This document shows, in pieces, positions 27,215-42,789 of a DNA stretch of 64,000 bases. The notes under the pieces were generated by a model. It was not told the DNA's origin, did not search any database, and saw only the letters and a list, made by a program, of their open reading frames with translations. This DNA comes from Octopus vulgaris. Its lineage: Eukaryota. A program made the position numbers and the translations under genes. Positions within the stretch are counted from its first letter, which is position 1, and every line of letters begins with the position of its first letter. The stretch lies in assembly GCA_951406725.2 (NCBI GenBank), contig OX597843.1, forward strand, positions 7,750,001 through 7,814,000, written 5' to 3'.

Positions 27215-27499
27215 CACATATATATATATATATATATATCGCAAATAAGAAAATGGAGGAGAACAATAGGTGGTTCATCAACTTTTGGACATTAAATTAT
27301 GCTAACTTATTTACTTACCAAACTGATAATTACAATAACATACATACATATAACATATTATTCTTTACGTATAAGATATAAGATAAAAAATATCGTAATA
27401 TACAAGGATACCAGTAATTATTACAAAAAACATATATTTGTAAATATACATGCATATATATATGTATGTATATTTATATATACATATATATATTTGTAA

Positions 27500-27535
<36 letters not shown>

Positions 27536-27559
27536 GTTTATATATGTGTATATATATAT

Positions 27560-27664
27560 GGCTGTGTGGTAAGTAGCTTGCTTACCAACCACATGGTTCC
27601 GGGTTCAGTCCCACTGTGAGTGGATTTGGTAGACGGAAACTGAAAGAAGCCTGTCGTGTATATG

Positions 27665-27697
<33 letters not shown>

Positions 27698-27912
27698 TTG
27701 TGTGTCTGTGTTTGTCCCTCCAAAATCGCTTGACAACCGATGCTGGTGTGTTTACTTCCCTCGTAAACTAGCGCTTCGGCAAAAAAAGAGACCGATAGAA
27801 TAAGTACTGGGCTTACAAAGAATAAGTCCTGGGGTCGATTTGATCGACTAAAAGTCGGTGCTCCAGCATGGCCGCAGTCAAATGACTGAAACATGTAAAA
27901 GAATAAAAGAGT
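27560..27912 (+). mobile_element. SINE-A copy with the CORE-like block deleted
   Basis: ccactg joined directly to tgagtggatttgg. Confidence 0.85.
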
Positions 27913-28337
27913 ATATATATATATATATGTATACACACACACACACACACACACACAGAAGCTTAAATACATACATACACACGCACACACTCCCGTATAT
28001 CCACATTTATTAATGAACATCGTCCAAAGTCCTTTTCCGTTGCATATCAAATATCGTTAACTCCATATTTTTGTCCATCTGTGTATTTTTTGTGTGTTTG
28101 TATGTATGTGTATGCCCTTCTCCATGTGTGAGGTTTTGTGTGTGCGTTTTTGAGAGAGAGATTCTGCATGCGTCTGTTTCTCCATCTCTCCCTGTCTGTG
28201 AACCCCTTCATCTCTGTATTTTATACCCACGTTCTCTCTCTTTTCCTCTACCCTCCTCACCCTCTCCTCCTCGCCCTCCCCTCCTCCCCTTTCTCTCTAT
28301 TTTTGGATGCATGTATGTATGTATGTATGTATGTATG

Positions 28338-28371
<34 letters not shown>

Positions 28372-28393
28372 TGTATGTATGTATGTATGTATG

Positions 28394-28427
<34 letters not shown>

Positions 28428-28613
28428 TATATGTATATATGTATGTATGTATGTATGTATATGTATGTATGTATGTATGCATGTATGTCTGTATGTATGT
28501 ATGTATGTATGTATGTATGTATTTGTCTGTCTGTCTGTCTATCTGTCTATCTCTCTATCCATCGATCTATTTGCCTGTCTGCCTGTCTGTCTGTCTGTCT
28601 GTCTATCTGTCTG

Positions 28614-28764
<151 letters not shown>

Positions 28765-28781
28765 GTCTATCTATCTATCTA

Positions 28782-28814
<33 letters not shown>

Positions 28815-28815
28815 G

Positions 28816-28872
<57 letters not shown>

Positions 28873-28911
28873 GTCTATCTATCTGTCTCTCTCTCTCTCT
28901 CTCTCTCTCTG

Positions 28912-29032
<121 letters not shown>

Positions 29033-30509
29033 CCGTCTACCTGTGTCTATCTTTCCTTAGTCTCACTCCCAACTCATGTTTTTCCTTCCTCGGCGATCAA
29101 CCCACCCACCATACCCACCCCTACCACCATGACCGTCATCACCGCTGCAATCCAGCACAACAATCACTCCTACCACCACCTCCACCATCACTCCTACCAC
29201 CACCACCACCACCACCACCACCGTCACTCCTACCACGGCCACCACCTCCAACAAAGTCGTCAATAATATGATCGACAATAACAACGAAGAACACCACCAT
29301 CACCACCACCACCTCCACCTCCATCGCAACAACAAACCACCGCCACCAGCGCCGCCATTACCATCACAACAACAACAACGACAACCACCGCTACCACCTG
29401 CACCACCACCACCATCACCACAAACCATCAAATACCACCATCGTCATCGCTACCATTGAAGCTGCCATAACCGCCGTCATCATTAGCATCGTCATCACCT
29501 TCACAATCACAACCGCAACAACAAACCCCCGCTGCCACCACAACCACCACCACCAATACAACCACCACTACCACTACCAACCACCACCACCACCGCCGCA
29601 ACAACAAACCGCCATCAGCGCCGCCATCACCAAGAACAACATAAACCTTCGCCGCCACCACCACCACAACCACTACCACCACAACCACGACGACGACGAC
29701 CATCACCACTACCATCACCACCACCACGACCACCACTATAACAAAAAACCATTAAAAAACCATCGCCGCCATTATCGCCGCCATTATCGCCGCCGCCACC
29801 ACCACCACCAAAAACCACCTCCACCACCACCACCACCACTACAAACCACTACCACCACCACCACCACCACCACTACTATCACCACCACCACGATCACCAC
29901 TATTACAAAAAACCATTAAATAGCGCCATCGCCATCGCCGCCGCCTCCACCACCACCACCACCACCATCGCCACCGCCATCATCACCGCCGCCATTATCG
30001 CCGCCGCCACCACCACCACCACCACCACCACCTTCACCACCACCAAAAACCACCACCACCACCATCAACCACCACCACCACCACCAAAAACCACCACCAC
30101 CACCACCAAAAACCACCACCACCACCACCATCACCACCACCACCAAAAACCACTACCACCACCACCACCACCGCCACCGTCTCCGTCATCACTACCGCCG
30201 CCGCCATTCCTCCGTCCGCTTTCACTTTTCGACTCATCGCTGTACGACGACAGCGCTTTTCCACAAACCTTTTCCACAAACGCATCGTCTCGGTCCCAGC
30301 GTCCAATGCAGAGCATAAAACAACCGGACTACTTCCACCCTTGCTCGTTTGCTGGGCTACCTAGCCTTGTCTTTGCCGGTACTGTGCCTCCCCATATATA
30401 TATATATATATGTGTATCTATGTGTGTGTATGTATGTATATGTATGTGCGTGTGTGTGTACGTGTGAGTGTGTTTGCATGTGTGTGCTGTGTGTTTAAGT
30501 ATGTGTGCG

Positions 30510-30609
<100 letters not shown>

Positions 30610-30658
30610 TCTTTGTGAAGTTATATGTGTTTGTATGTCTGTTTATCTATCGCTTCAT

Positions 30659-30692
<34 letters not shown>

Positions 30693-30881
30693 ACACACAT
30701 AAACATACATATGTTTACATATATATATATCTATACTATATGTATGTATGTGTGTCTGTCTAAATGAACTTTATATATATATATATATATATATATGTCT
30801 ATATACAGATGTATATGTATATATATATATATATATATATACGAAAGAAGGTTTGGAAATGCAATTTAAAAGATGTTTATT

Positions 30882-30918
30882 TACTTAACCGGTTTCACTC
30901 TTTGGAAAAAGCTTGTCA

Positions 30919-30925
<7 letters not shown>
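30882..30925 (-). ncRNA. Minimal type I hammerhead ribozyme, U3-A8 core variant
   Basis: Minus strand tattt-TTGACAA-gctttt/tcca/aagagt-GAA-ACCGGT-T-aagta; 5-bp stem I, palindromic stem III; island between (TA)n tracts. Confidence 0.6.
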
Positions 30926-30957
<32 letters not shown>

Positions 30958-31572
30958 GAATGCACCCGTATGAATATATGTATATATTCATATACATATG
31001 TATGTGTGTATATGAATGTACATATTTGTATGTACGTATGTACGTACCTATCGATATATATATATATATATGCATGCGTATATTTGTGTATGTATATGTA
31101 TATAAATATATATATAAGTGCATGTATGTATGTATGTAACTGTATGTTTGTGTACACGAGTGTATGTGTACATGTTTTGTGTCACTATATAACTATATAT
31201 ATGTATATATATCCGTTTATATTTGCGCATATCTATGTATATATATATACTTCCCTTCTTTCCTGAGCGTCCAATAATACATTATTTGTTCCACGTCCTT
31301 GCGTTGTTGTCATTTCGTTTTTGCTTTCTTGTTTGGATTAACTTTATATATATATATATATATATATACATCTACATACACACACATATTTATATATACA
31401 CACAGTCGTATATACAGACATCATTCAAAGACACACATACTCACATATATGCAAAATATATACATATGTGTGTGTGTGTATACAAGTTTTCACAAAGTTA
31501 TATGTAAACTTTATATCTAATTATCTCTCTATCCTATATAGATATTTGTATGTGTGTACCTCTGTGACTTCA

Positions 31573-31664
<92 letters not shown>

Positions 31665-32199
31665 AATATGTGTGTGTGTCTATCTGCTTATATGTCAATT
31701 AGTGTGTATATATATATATATTTTAATACTTATATGCAACTATATATGTATATATATGTATTTATCTGTGTTAATATATGACTTCATCGTATAAATATCT
31801 GTATGTGTGTATATATTTACATATATATATATGTGTGTGTATGCTTCTCTGTGTATGTGTGTGCTTGTCTTCTCCAGGTATATACCTGTGTATTTATGTA
31901 TATATTTATGTATGTGTGTAATTGAAAACCTACCTGTATTTATGGTTATTTGTATATAGTATTTGCAGTTATGTTTATATCGAAGCATGTATATTTATAT
32001 ATGTGTATATATGTGTATATATATTGTGTGTTCTTATATGTATGTATATATCTATGAGTTTACGTAATTGTATATAAACCTGTGTGTATAAATATTTGTT
32101 TTGGTGTGTGTATACACTTTGATTTGTTTTACCTATATTTTGATATATTTTGATATATTTTGCATACATTTATATGTATATAGGATAATTTATTCTACA

Positions 32200-32770
32200 T
32201 AGGAGTGGCTGTGTGGTAAGTAGCTTGCTTACCAACCACATGGTTCCGGGTTCAGTTCCAATGCGTAACACCTTGGACAAGTGTCTTCTACTATAGCCTC
32301 AGGCTGACCAACGCCTTGTGAGTGGATTTGGTAGACGGAAACTGAAAGAAGCCCGTCGTATCTATGTATATATATATATATATGTATATGCGTGTATATT
32401 TTTGTCTGTGTTTGTCCTCCCAAAATCGCTTGACAACAGATGCTGGTGTGTTTACGTCCCTGTAACTTAGCAGTTCGGCAAAAAGAGACCAATAGAAAAA
32501 GTACTAGGTGCACAAAGTCCTAGGGTCAATTAGCTCGACTAAAGGCGGTGCTCCAACATGGCCGCAGTCAAGTGACTGAAACAAGTAAAACAGACTGTAT
32601 ATACGTATGCAGGCGTGGTTATGAGGTGGGTAGTTTGCTTACGAACCACAAGGTTCCGGGTTCAGTCCCACTGCGTGGCACCTTGGGCAAGTGTCTTCTA
32701 CTATAGCCTCGGGCCGACCAAAGCCTTGTGAGTGGATTTGGTAGACGGAAACTGAAAGAAGCCCGTCGTA
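32200..32770 (+). mobile_element. SINE-A full copy (32200-32592) followed by a second head (32608-32770)
   Basis: Sequence identity to other SINE-A copies. Confidence 0.85.
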
Positions 32771-32865
32771 TATATATGTATATATCCTATACACTGTTAC
32801 GGCGGCACTATCGTTTTCTCTTTCTCTTAAACTTTCCTCACTGTTTTGGCACACGGTGCCGCACA

Positions 32866-32923
<58 letters not shown>

Positions 32924-32999
32924 TGTGTGGTTGTTTACAGTACGTTTTCTCTCCGACGTAAGGAGAGACACTCGATATACGTTCTTTCATTCTGGCATT

Positions 33000-33287
33000 C
33001 TTTTATTCTTTTACTTGTTTCATTCATTTGACAGCGGCCATGCTGGAGCGCTGCCTTGAGTCGAACGAAACGAACTCAGGACTTATTCTTTTGTAAGCCC
33101 AGTACTTATTCTATCGGTCTCTTTTGTCGAACTGCTACCGAACAGGAACATAAACAGACCAGCATCGGTTATCAGACGACGGTGGGTGGGTAACAAACAC
33201 AGACACACAGACACATACATACATACATACATACATACATACATACATACATACATACATACATACATACATACATACATACATGCA

Positions 33288-33323
<36 letters not shown>

Positions 33324-33376
33324 CATACATACATACATTCATACATACATACATACATACATACATACATACATAC

Positions 33377-33407
<31 letters not shown>

Positions 33408-33692
33408 CATGCATACATACATACATACATACATACATACATACATACATACATACATACATACATACATACATACACACAGACACATACATACATACAT
33501 ACATACATACATACATACATACATACATACATACATGCATACATACATACATACATACATACATACATACATACATACATACATACATACATACATACAT
33601 ACATACATACATACATACATACATACATACATACATACATACATACATACATACATACATACATACACACAGACACATACATACATACATAC

Positions 33693-33723
<31 letters not shown>

Positions 33724-33788
33724 CATACATACATACATACATGCATACATTCATACATACATACATACATACATACATACATACATAC

Positions 33789-33819
<31 letters not shown>

Positions 33820-34236
33820 CATACATACATACATGCATACATACATACATGCATACATTCATACATACATACATACATACATACTTACATACATACATAC
33901 ATACATACATACGTACATACATACATACATACATACATACATACATACATACATACATACATACATACACACAGACACATACATACATACATACATACAT
34001 ACATACATACATAATATTCTTTTATTCGTTTTAGACAGTTGACTGCGGCCATGCTGGAGCACAGCCTTTAGTCGAGCAGATCGATCTCAGGACTTATTCT
34101 TTGTAAGCCTAGTACATACTCTATCGGTCTCTTATTGCCGGACTGCTAGGTTACAGGGACGTGAACACACCAGCATCGGTGGTCAAGCGATGTTGAGGGC
34201 ACAAAGACAGGCAGACACACTCACACACGCACGCAT

Positions 34237-34304
<68 letters not shown>

Positions 34305-34486
34305 ACACACACACACATATACGACGAGCTTCTTTCACTTTCCATCTACCAAATCCACTCGCAAGGCTTTGGTCAGCCCGAGGCTATAGTGGAAGACACT
34401 TGCCCAAGGTGCGATGCAACGGGATTGAACCTGGAACCACTTGGTTGAGAAGCAAACTTCTTATCAGACAGCCACTCCTGCGCCTA

Positions 34487-34487
<1 letters not shown>
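33000..34487 (-). mobile_element. SINE-A full copy (34015-34487) and an additional 3' half (33000-33215) separated by (TACA)n
   Basis: Reverse-complement matches to tail, body and head. Confidence 0.8.
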
Positions 34488-34524
<37 letters not shown>

Positions 34525-34535
<11 letters not shown>

Positions 34536-34908
34536 CTTAAGTTGACTGTGTGTGGCAGGTTTGGTAGCCTTCAACTAACACTATCTCCTCAGAGACCCCG
34601 CGGCACAAGTTGACCAAAATTGAGAGTATGATAGAAGAAGGCTTGCTCTTCCATCCTTAGGAGAAAACATTCAAATCAGACCATGTCAACACCAAAAATT
34701 ATTTACATCAAAAAGGCGCTTTTTTTTCTATGAAAATCCCTATTTTTCACGATTTTTGACTGTTGTGTCGCCATTTCTCTTGTATTTCAACAAGAGAAAT
34801 GTTCACTTAAAGAGAATAACAAGCTACATAATGCAAAATTTTTACTTTTCCAAAATTCCAATTCTAAAGGGTCGAAACAAACCCGAGCAACGCCGGGCAA
34901 TACTGCTA

Positions 34909-34909
<1 letters not shown>
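34525..34909 (+). mobile_element. Non-autonomous Helitron (internal type 2)
   Basis: Ends cccgagcaacgccggg-caatactg-CTAG; a degenerate second 3' end at 35097-35147. Confidence 0.8.
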
Positions 34910-34973
<64 letters not shown>

Positions 34974-36439
34974 TAAGTGTATGTATATATATATATGTAT
35001 ATATCCGTAATAAAACTTCCAAGAAAGGAACTTGTCGAAGTTTGGAGAGAACTTTGATAGTTTCGGAGCGTTTAAATGTCACGTACCTACGCATGCAGTT
35101 CTAAAGGGTCGAAACAAGCCCGAGTATTGCTGGGCTATACTCCAAGTATATATATATATATATATATGTAAAAGTAAAAAAATATACAAACTGGGACAAG
35201 AACGTGAAACATTTAGAAGACGACACAAAAAACACGGATGAGACATTCGAAGCCTTCAATCATCAGTCAAGAACCGGATCAACTTCGCAATTTCGGATGT
35301 ACGTATGTATGTATGTATGTATGTATGTATGTATGTATGTATTATGTACGTACGTATGTATGTATATATGCATGTATGTATGTATGTACGTACGTATGTA
35401 TGTATGTATGTATGTATGTATGTATGTATGTATGTATGTATGTATGTATGTATGTATGTATGTATGTATGTATGTATGTATGTATGTATGTATGTATGTA
35501 TGTATGTATGTACGTACGTATGTATGTATGTATGTATGTATGTATGTATGTATGTATGTATGTATAAAACACACACACACACACACACACACACGCAGAC
35601 ACACAGACGTATATATATTTATAGCTGAAGTAACAAATTGACTGAAATGCTGAAAGATTCGTGCGTTGGTATTTACGAAACTCCCCGCGTGAATTTGAGA
35701 AATTCGAACGCAGGAAGCTCACTTCTGCTTAATATTAACAAAAACGTACATATATTGTCATATTTTGAATTCTATTTTTCGTGCTTGCATCACCTTTACG
35801 TCATACATACATACATACATACATACACACATACATACATACATACATACATACACACATACATACATACATACATGCATGCATACATACATTCATACAT
35901 ACATACATACATGCATACATACATACATGCATACATACATACATAGATGCATACATACATACATACACACACACATACATACATACATACATACATACAT
36001 ACATACACACACACATACATACATACATACATACATACATACATACATACATACATACATACAAACATAAATACATTAAAACGTACATACATACATACAT
36101 ACATACATACATACACACACATACATACATACATACATACATACATACATACATACATACATACAAACGTACATACATACATACATACATTAAAACGTAC
36201 ATACATACATACATACATAAATACATACATACATACATATATATACATACATACATACATACATACATACATACATACACACACACATACATACATACAT
36301 ACATACATGCATGCATACAAACATACATACATACATACATACATACATACATACATACATACTTGCATACATACATACATACATACATACATACATACAT
36401 ACATTCATGCATACATACATACATACATACATACATACA

Positions 36440-36473
<34 letters not shown>

Positions 36474-36475
<2 letters not shown>

Positions 36476-36640
36476 CGTTCGGAGTTCAAAGTCCGCCGAG
36501 GTCAACTTTGCCTTTCATCCTTTCGGGGTCGATAAATAAAGTACCAGTGTCGCACTGGAGGCGATATAATCGACTCAATCCCTTCAACTGTCCTTGTTTG
36601 TCCCCTCTATGTTTAGCCCCTTCTGGGCAGTAAAGAAATA
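36474..36640 (+). mobile_element. Nin/Deu-domain-type SINE fragment (SINE-E)
   Basis: gcctttcatcctttcggggtcgataaataaagtaccag core; tail gtttagcccct...gtaaagaaata. Confidence 0.75.
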
Positions 36641-37018
36641 TATATATATATATTTATTAACAATTCATAAATGAGGGCAAATTCATATATGCTGGCCATT
36701 GATAAAGTTTTCTTCGGGAAAATATTTTTTTTGTTTTCGAAAAGAATTTTATCCTCACATTTGATATATATATATTTATATATATATGCATGTATGTATA
36801 TCTATATAATAGGAACAGGTTTCAAAGAAGAAAAAAAAGGCGTGTAAATAGGGAAAGAGTACAAAGGAACATAGAAAATACTCTCCAGATATATAAGAAA
36901 TGGCTATTTTTAAAAATAAAAACAAAGATATATACGAACAAATAAAGGATTCGATGTGGAATTAAGTATAAAAATTATTTTTGTGAATCAATATTATACA
37001 TATTTATTATACATGTTG

Positions 37019-37107
<89 letters not shown>

Positions 37108-37117
37108 TATTATCATC

Positions 37118-37179
<62 letters not shown>

Positions 37180-37300
37180 CATCATTATTATCATTATTAT
37201 TATTATTATCATCATTATTATCATTATTATTATTAACATCATTATTATATTATTATTATTATTATTATTATCATTATCACAATGATTTTTATTATCATCA

Positions 37301-37390
<90 letters not shown>

Positions 37391-37475
37391 CATTATCATC
37401 ATCTTTCTTCTTCTTCTTCTTCTTCTTCTTATTGTTGTTGTTGTTATTGTTATTATTATTATTATTATTATTATT

Positions 37476-37781
37476 GAGTGAGAGAGCAGTTCATGCCATC
37501 AAAGTGACACTGGGGTAAAATATACGAGGCCCAGTATACCCATCATGACTACTCATCTGATAAGGGTACACTAGGTACATGCATCACAACCATTTGTGCG
37601 CGACATGGTGATCTCATATCAAGATAAACAGCACATGACCTTGCAGGTGGGGCCCAGTTAGAATTTCCTTCAGGTTGAGTAGCCCATCCCACTCAAAAGG
37701 TCTCTGAATAAGGGTTGTTTAAGGATGTTGAAAGAAACACCCATGTTTCCAAAGGTGAAGTGTCCAAACCCCAAAGAATCT
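37476..37781 (-). mobile_element. 3' end of a (TAA)n-associated non-LTR element
   Basis: Same 3' terminus ctgctctctcactc|aataat as 41795-42351 and 54534-54683. Confidence 0.75.
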
Positions 37782-38422
37782 CTTTCTATGCATCTATCTA
37801 TCTATCCTTCTGTCAGTATGTATGTATGTATGTATGTATGTATGTATGTATGTATGTATGTATGTATGTATGTATGTATGTATGTATGTATGTATGTATG
37901 TATGTATGTATGTATGTATGTATGTATGTATGTATGTTTGTATGTATGTATGTCTGTATGTAGGTATGTATGTATGTATATATGTATGTATGTATGTATG
38001 TGTATGTATGTAAGTGTATGTATGTATGTATGTATGTATGTATGTGTGTCTGTATGTATGTATGTATGTAAGTGTATGTATGTATGCATATATGTCTGTA
38101 TGTAAGTGTATGTATATATGTATGTATGTAAGTGTATGTATATATGTATGTATGTAAGTGTATGTATGTAAGTGTATGTATGTAAGTGTATGTATGTATG
38201 TGTATGTATGTATGTGTATGTATGTATATATGTCTGTATGTATGTATGTATGTATGTATGTATGTGTGTATGTGTGTATGTATATGTATCATCACCTTCA
38301 TCATCATCACCACAGACACCACCAGTCATCCGTCATCATCAGAAAAATCCCGTCTCCTGGAATAACCGACATTCATCATGAGATAGAAAACATTTCCAAA
38401 ATTCACAAAACACACACACACA

Positions 38423-38453
<31 letters not shown>

Positions 38454-38479
38454 TCACACAAACACACACACACATACAC

Positions 38480-38612
38480 AGGGCGCAGAAGGGGCTGTGG
38501 GGTAAGAACCTTGATTCCCTACCTTGGGCAAGTGTCTTCTATTATAGCCTCGGGCCGTCCAAAGCCTTGTGAGTGGATTTGGAGGACGGAAATTGAAAGA
38601 AGCCCGTCGTAT
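38480..38612 (+). mobile_element. SINE-A head fragment
   Basis: accttgggcaagtgtcttct...gaaagaagcccgtcg; an older head lies at 39085-39228. Confidence 0.7.
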
Positions 38613-38918
38613 ATATGCATATATACATACATGCATATATATGTACATATATATATATGCGTATATATATATATATGTGTATATATATATGCATATATAT
38701 ATTTCCTGAGCGCCATACTAATACAATTGTTCGTTTGTTTTCCACCTGCCTTCGTCTTTTGTTTATTTTCATAAAGCTTCCCGTTACTTATATATATATA
38801 TCCATATATACGCATATACATACATATGTATGTATGTATGTATATATATATATATGCATATACATATATATATATATATGTATATATATATGTATGCATA
38901 TACATAGATATGTATATA

Positions 38919-39034
<116 letters not shown>

Positions 39035-39256
39035 TATGTATGTATACGACGGGATTGCCAACAGGTTTTTGTGTCTTTCCGTCACCTCAACAGGTATGGC
39101 GAGAAGCGGTTTCAGGTTCAGTCCCGCACCTTGGCAAACTCGGCAGGTGTTATTTCTTATGGCCGCCGGCCTAACAAAACCTTTCCAGTGGATTCGGCAG
39201 ACGTAAACTGAAAGAAACCCATCGTATACACACAGAGACACTCACATATATGTATG

Positions 39257-39326
<70 letters not shown>

Positions 39327-39477
39327 CATACATACATATATATATGTATATATTTATTTAAATATATATACATAAATATATATGTATATGTAAGTATGTA
39401 TGTTTATATATATACATAGATATATGTTGGTACAGGCACATCAGTGTGATCGTATGCATCTGTTCAGGTGAACATAG

Positions 39478-40190
39478 CTATAAATCCTTAAATCCTTAAA
39501 AAGGTTTTAGCCCGAAGGCCGCAGCCATGCTGGGGCACCACCGCCGAATGAGCTACACTAATATGTGAATCCACCTCTGATACGTGGCACTTGATCAACA
39601 AGGGAGTTCGATGCTGCTGCCCACATCTGCGTCTCCTGTCGTGAGGTAGGTTCATCTGGGGCTCCCGACAAGAAGAGATCCAGTTTAGTTTTCAAGAAAC
39701 CCACATCCACACCATGTAAGTCTCTCAGGCATGTAGGGAGGTTGTTAAAGGGCTGTGGTCCTCTGAAATCCAATCTGTTGTAGTATCTGGACCTGTATTT
39801 TGATGGTGATGTTGGAATCTTTGGCACCATGCAGTGGCGCCCCGTTCTGCAGTTGGGGTAACTTTGAATGGCAAAGTTTGGGACAAGACCCTCCAGGATT
39901 TTCCAGATATATATCACCGCATATCTCTCCGGCCTCCGCTCTACGGAGAAGAGGTTTAATACTTGCAGTCTTTCCCAGTAGCTGATATTTTGCATTTAGA
40001 CGATCTTCTGTGTGTAGCTTCTCTGAATTGCTTCGAGTTCTGCTGTTAGTTTTATATTGTCTGGTGACCATATTTGGGAACAGTAGTCCAAGCGGCTGAG
40101 GAAGAATGTTTTCCAGAGGACCATCAGTGTCTCCTTCTCTCTTGTTCTGAAAGTTCGGAGAATCCATCCAGCTAGCCGTCAGCATTTTAT
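39478..40190 (-). pseudogene. 5'-truncated CR1/L2-group LINE: ORF2 C-terminus and 3' UTR
   Basis: [14 protein letters not shown]...LSRLDYCSQIWSP...LEAIQRSYTQKIV*MQNISYWERLQVLNLFSVERRPERYAVIYIWKILEGLVPN...FRGPQPFNNLP; tail (tttaagga)x2. Confidence 0.88.
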
Positions 40191-40208
40191 CACCAGATTA
40201 GTAGATTA

Positions 40209-40305
<97 letters not shown>

Positions 40306-40380
40306 CATATATATATACATATATATATATACATACATATATATATATATATACTTTATTTAAAGCAGCAGAAAATTCAA

Positions 40381-40430
40381 CAAAACCTGTTACTCTGAGT
40401 TTCACGTTGCCGTTCATCGGACAGTTTTTG
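40381..40430 (-). ncRNA. Type I hammerhead ribozyme, C4 core variant, GNRA-capped stem II
   Basis: Minus strand caaaaactgt-CCGATGA-acg/GCAA/cgt-GAA-ACTC-a-GAGT-A-acaggttttg; within a 40354-40477 insert flanked by (TA)n. Confidence 0.8.
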
Positions 40431-40475
40431 AATATTCTTTTTTCCACCTTGTTTCACATTTATGTGTTTACTCCG

Positions 40476-40540
<65 letters not shown>

Positions 40541-40578
40541 CATATATATATATATATACCTACATATATATTTATACA

Positions 40579-40642
<64 letters not shown>

Positions 40643-40729
40643 CCTACATATATATATATATACATCTATACATATCTATATCTATCTATCTATCAATCTA
40701 TCTATCTATCTATATATACCTACATATAT

Positions 40730-40774
<45 letters not shown>

Positions 40775-40809
40775 CGTACATATGTATATACATATGTAAA
40801 TGAAGCTTC

Positions 40810-41010
40810 CTGTCTTTGTGCCTAAGGTGTTGCGTCCTCGTGTGTTCGAATCCCAGACCGGGTGATCCATAGTGTCCTTGACGCATATGCTTCATTTCAT
40901 GTTACTCTCCGATCACTTTGGAATTCGATCTGCCATGCGTGGCACACTTGTCGATGTGATGGTAGGAGTGAACTTATTTGCAGCAAAAACATTCGGTCAC
41001 AGTAAACGAA
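40810..41010 (+). mobile_element. Old tRNA-derived SINE remnant
   Basis: B-box-like tgttcgaatccc, then tagtgtccttga...cttcatttcatgtt CORE-like block. Confidence 0.45.
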
Positions 41011-41444
41011 TTATCCGTCACGTGGATCGGCACGAAATTGCGGAACCCACCGCCATCGTCCATTTTAGATATGCGTGCGTGCCATGCATATGTGCCATTC
41101 ATGTGTGCCATGCATGTGTGGTGCCATAGATATATAGTATTAACGACAGTAAAACTCCGCTCCGTATGACTGAAAGTCTGGTGATGCGTTGGTTGGTCTC
41201 ATCTAATCAGATATCGAGGAACGAGTCTCTTGTTCCGCAGGAAGATGTCGGAGGAAGTGATTCTTCTTCCCACTCCTGAAGAGATGGGTCCGTCCCACTC
41301 GACGACGAATCTTTAAGTCGTATAGCACTGAATTAGACAGTTAAATATTATGGAAAGAAAAATATATATCTATCTTCTACAAAATGACTTTCGAGTCGCC
41401 TTCTTGTGTCTGTCCCCTCATTCGTATATATATATATACATACA

Positions 41445-41522
<78 letters not shown>

Positions 41523-41542
41523 TATATATATTATATATATAT

Positions 41543-41583
<41 letters not shown>

Positions 41584-41662
41584 CACATATATACACATAT
41601 ATATGTATGTATATATATGTGTGTGTATGTGTAATATGTCTATCTATCTATCTATCTATTTA

Positions 41663-41702
<40 letters not shown>

Positions 41703-41715
41703 TCCATACATCCAC

Positions 41716-41794
<79 letters not shown>

Positions 41795-41795
<1 letters not shown>

Positions 41796-42351
41796 ATTCC
41801 CGGATGCAGTACCAGGCAGTGGCTCTCCTGGCTTCTGATCTTAACTGACTGGAAGTGTTATCATGTACATTGTTTTGTCTTGGTATAAAAGATGGGCTAC
41901 AGCAAATATTCTGCTCAATATCACAGATTTGCTTGTCAGTTGTTCGACCTTAACCAGTTGAGCATGTCCCTTGGTGGCTGACGATATGTGCATCTCTGAT
42001 CACGAGCAGAAGTAGTGGGGGAGCATCATAGCCATGTGCTGAAAGGAATTCTTTGGGGTTTGAATATTTCACCTCTGGAAACATGGGTGGTTCTTTCAAC
42101 ATCCTTAAACAAACCTTATTCAGGGACCTTTTGAGCTGGATGGATAACTCAACCAGAAGAAAATTTTAACTGGGCCCCACCGGCAAGGTCATGTGCTTTT
42201 TATCTTGATATGAGATCACCATGTCGCGCACATATTGTTGTGATGCATGTGCCTGGTGTACCCTTATTAGACGGGTAGTCATGATGGGTATATTGGGTTT
42301 CGTATATTTTACCCCAGTGTCACTTTGATTGCATGCACTGCTCTCTCACGC
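41795..42351 (+). mobile_element. 5'-truncated non-LTR element inserted within (TAA)n (Dong/R4-like behaviour)
   Basis: Flanked on both sides by (TAA)n; longest of three copies with a common 3' end. Confidence 0.75.
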
Positions 42352-42480
42352 AATAATAATAGCAGTAATAATAATAATAGTAGTAATAATAAAAATAATA
42401 ATAATAACAACAATAATAACAACAACAACAACAACAATAATAACAACAACGAGATTAATAATAATGATGATGATAATAAT

Positions 42481-42535
<55 letters not shown>

Positions 42536-42789
42536 TTTATTTGGAACTAGGGCGAAGGATATTGAGGAGAATACATGACAGACGTAAGTTGTGGGAGTTC
42601 ACATATAATGAAATGATAAAAAAAAATAATAATAATGATATTGTTAACGTGAATATCAAATGTATAGTACGTGTTTTTAATTAGCAAAATATGACCGCCC
42701 CCGAATGAAACAATTTTTGTTTCAACACACGACTTCACATGAAGAATCTAGCGATAGAAATACGTATTAATATATATGGATATATACTG

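Noticed and set aside
30131-30316. Short ORF or exon next to a (CCA)n tract
   Set aside because: No recognisable domain or convincing splice sites
35240-35268. Hammerhead on the minus strand (CTGATGAttgaaggcttcGAAtgtc)
   Set aside because: Lacks A15.1 and a credible stem III; stem I is only 2 bp; at most a degenerate relic
41270-41312. Hammerhead-like CTGAAGA-gatggg/cccactc
   Set aside because: No GAAA after the helix
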